Source: Macrostomum hystrix (taxonomy: Eukaryota > Animalia > Platyhelminthes). From it: 64,000 bases of DNA. Below the pieces are notes generated by a model. That model saw only the letters and a list, made by a program, of their open reading frames with translations. It was not told the DNA's origin and ran no database searches. The stretch spans positions 1,302,001-1,366,000 of the forward strand of contig CATNEN010000034.1 of the NCBI GenBank assembly GCA_950097015.1, written 5' to 3'. Within the stretch, counting starts at the first letter, position 1. Each line of letters begins with the position of its first letter. Positions 61,725 through 64,000 of the stretch are shown here, in pieces. A program made the translations under genes and the position numbers.

Positions 61725-63150
61725 ATTAGAGAGATGACATGAAATTTGACACGAGAGATGAGAGACGATTGGTAAGAGATAAGACGAGAGATGAGGAGTG
61801 AGAGGTGAAATATGAGAGATAACACGAGAGATGAGGAGTAAGAGGTGGGAGATGAGAGATGAGAGATGAGGAGTGAGAGGTGAAATATGAGAGATAACAC
61901 GAGAGATGAGGAGTGAGAGGTGGGAGATGAGAGATGAGAGATGAGGAGTGAGAGGTGAGAGATGAGAGATAAGACGAGAGATGAGGAGTGAGAGGTGGGA
62001 GATGAGAGATAAGACGAGAGATGAGGAGTGAGAGGTGAGAGATGAGAGATAAGACGAGAGATGAGGAGTGAGAGGTGAGAGATGAGAGATAAGACGAGAG
62101 ATGAGGAGTAAGAGGTGAGAGATGAGAGATAAGACGAGAGATGAGGAGAGAGAGGTGGGAGATGAGAGATGAGAGATGAGGAGTGAGAGGTGAGAGATGA
62201 GAGATAAGACGAGAGATGAGGAGTGAGAGGTGAGAAATGAGAGATGAGAGATGAGGAGTGAGAGGTGAGAGATGAGAGATAAGACGAGAGATGAGGAGTG
62301 AGAGGTGAGAGATGAGAGATAAGACGAGAGATGAGGAGTGAGAGGTGAGAGATGAGAGATAACACGAGAGATGAGGAGTAAGAGGTGAGAGATGAGAGAT
62401 AAGACGAGAGATGAGGAGTGAGAGGTGAGAGATGAAAGACGAGAGATGAGGAGTGAGAGGTGAGAAATGAGAGATAAGACGAGAGATGAGGAGTGAGAGG
62501 TGAGAGATGAGAGATAAGACGAGAGATGAGGAGTGAGAGGTGGGAGATGAGAGATGAGAGATGAGGAGTAAGAGGTGAGAGATGAGAGATAAGACGAGAG
62601 ATGAGGAGTGAGAGGTGAGAGATAAGAGATAAGACGAGAGATGAGGAGTGAGAGGTGAGAGATGAGAGATAAAACGAGAGATGAGGAGTGAGAGGTGAGA
62701 GATGAAAGACGAGAGATGAGGACTGAGAGGTGAGAGATGAGAGATAAGACGAGAGATGAGGAGTGAGGGGTGAGAGATGAGAGATAACACGAGAGATGAG
62801 GAGTGAGAGGTGAGAGACAAGAGATAAGACGAGAGATGAGGAGTAAGAGGTGAGAGATGAAAGATGAGAGATGAGAGATGAGAGACGAGAGACGATTGGT
62901 AAGAGATAAGACGAGAGATAAAGGTTGAGAGGTGGGAGATAAATAGATGAGAGGTGAGAGATAAGAGGTGAGTGATGAGAGATGACAGGTGAGATTTTTG
63001 AGATTTTAAACTAAGAGATTAAATATTATAGATTAGAGATTAGAGAATAGAGATTAGGGATGTTTAATGAATAAAGATTAGAGTTTAGATAGATAGATTT
63101 AGATCAGAGGTGAGAGATAAGAGGTGAGGGTGAGAGGACAGGAATGAGAT
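61725..63150. repeat. GA-rich tandem repeat (about 40-bp GAGAGATGAGGAGTGAGAGGTGAGAGATGAGAGATAAGAC)
   Basis: Directly visible; produces the spurious SLISHLSPLT ORFs. Confidence 0.93.
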
Positions 63151-63639
63151 GAGAGAGTAGAAAACGAAGGAATAGCCGAATTAAAAAAATGGCAAGAGGT
63201 AGGCCTAGGCTCTATCTTTAGAAGCAATGTAGACTGAGGAAATAAATAGCTTCAGTTTAGAAATGGAGACAAAAGAAGTCGAAGAACGCCCGGCTGTTTT
63301 AGCACCAATCCACTGGAGACACTTGACCGCGCAGTCAAGACGTGTCAATTCAGAGCAAGCTGTGGGTAGGCATGCTATCTGAAAAAAGCTTTTAGCTGGT
63401 TGCCTGGCATACTTGAGCATTGACCCAAGCTTGTTGCACGGGTCCAAATTCGCACCGAGTGGCGTGTCAACACACTCAAACCTGGCCCAGTGATGGGCAC
63501 TTGACGAAATTTGCGTTAGGCTGACCTTTTTTCTACTTTGACAGGAAAAAATTCGCTAAAATTGCCAGGGGTTATTGTTCAGCTTTATAATGGCGATTCA
63601 TGCAGATCTGGCAGTTACTGGAAGTCTACTATTCTGTCT

Positions 63640-64000
63640 ATTCTGTCTAGTAGACAGAATTGTAGACAGACTGGTAGACAGACTGGTAGACAGAATAGTA
63701 GAGAGACTGGTAGACAGAATAGTAGACAGACTGGTAGACAGAATAGTAGAGAGACTGGTAGACAGAATAGTAGACAGACTGGTAGACAGAATGGTAGACA
63801 GACTGGTAGACAGAATAGTAGAGAGACTGGTAGACAGAATAGTAGAGAGACTGGTAGACAGAATAGAAGACAGACTGGTAGACAGAATAGTAGAGAGACT
63901 GGTAGACAGAATAGTAGACAGACTGGTAGACAGAATGGTAGACAGAATAGTAGACAGAATAGTAGACAGAATAGTAGACAGAATGGTAGACAGAATAGTA
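63640..64000. repeat. 12-bp tandem repeat (GTAGACAGAATA / GTAGACAGACTG), runs off the window end
   Basis: Directly visible. Confidence 0.92.

Overview
Eukaryotic (animal) genomic DNA. GC-rich exons, GT-AG introns packed with minisatellites and poly-Gly/poly-Gln tracts resemble the flatworm Macrostomum, but the organism is an inference. Hand-spliced gene models: (1) a complete 15-exon long-type ABCC/MRP1-like transporter on + (1169-12372, about 1577 aa); (2) two identical-CDS, intronless SUMO genes forming a head-to-head palindrome (13709-13975 on -, 22753-23019 on +), whose spacer holds a decayed 4.4-kb hAT transposon (11-bp TIR, 8-bp TSD) and three MITEs; (3) an orphan Cys-rich ORF (24157-24669, -); (4) three co-oriented minus-strand genes: a double-domain METTL24-like methyltransferase, a HINT3-like HIT hydrolase and DTD1; (5) an intronless RhoGAP (50496-52004, -). 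Much of the rest is tandem repeat, some with higher-order periods, and most long ORFs in the supplied track are artefacts of these arrays. The strongest unexpected observation is in the HINT3-like gene. Its catalytic HxHxH exon is present as two diverged, same-phase tandem copies (37069-37195 and 36875-36992). Joining both copies creates a stop codon, and the 76-nt intron between them has its only branch-point-like motifs next to the 5' splice site. This points to mutually exclusive splicing of two alternative active sites, downstream of a GC-AG donor.
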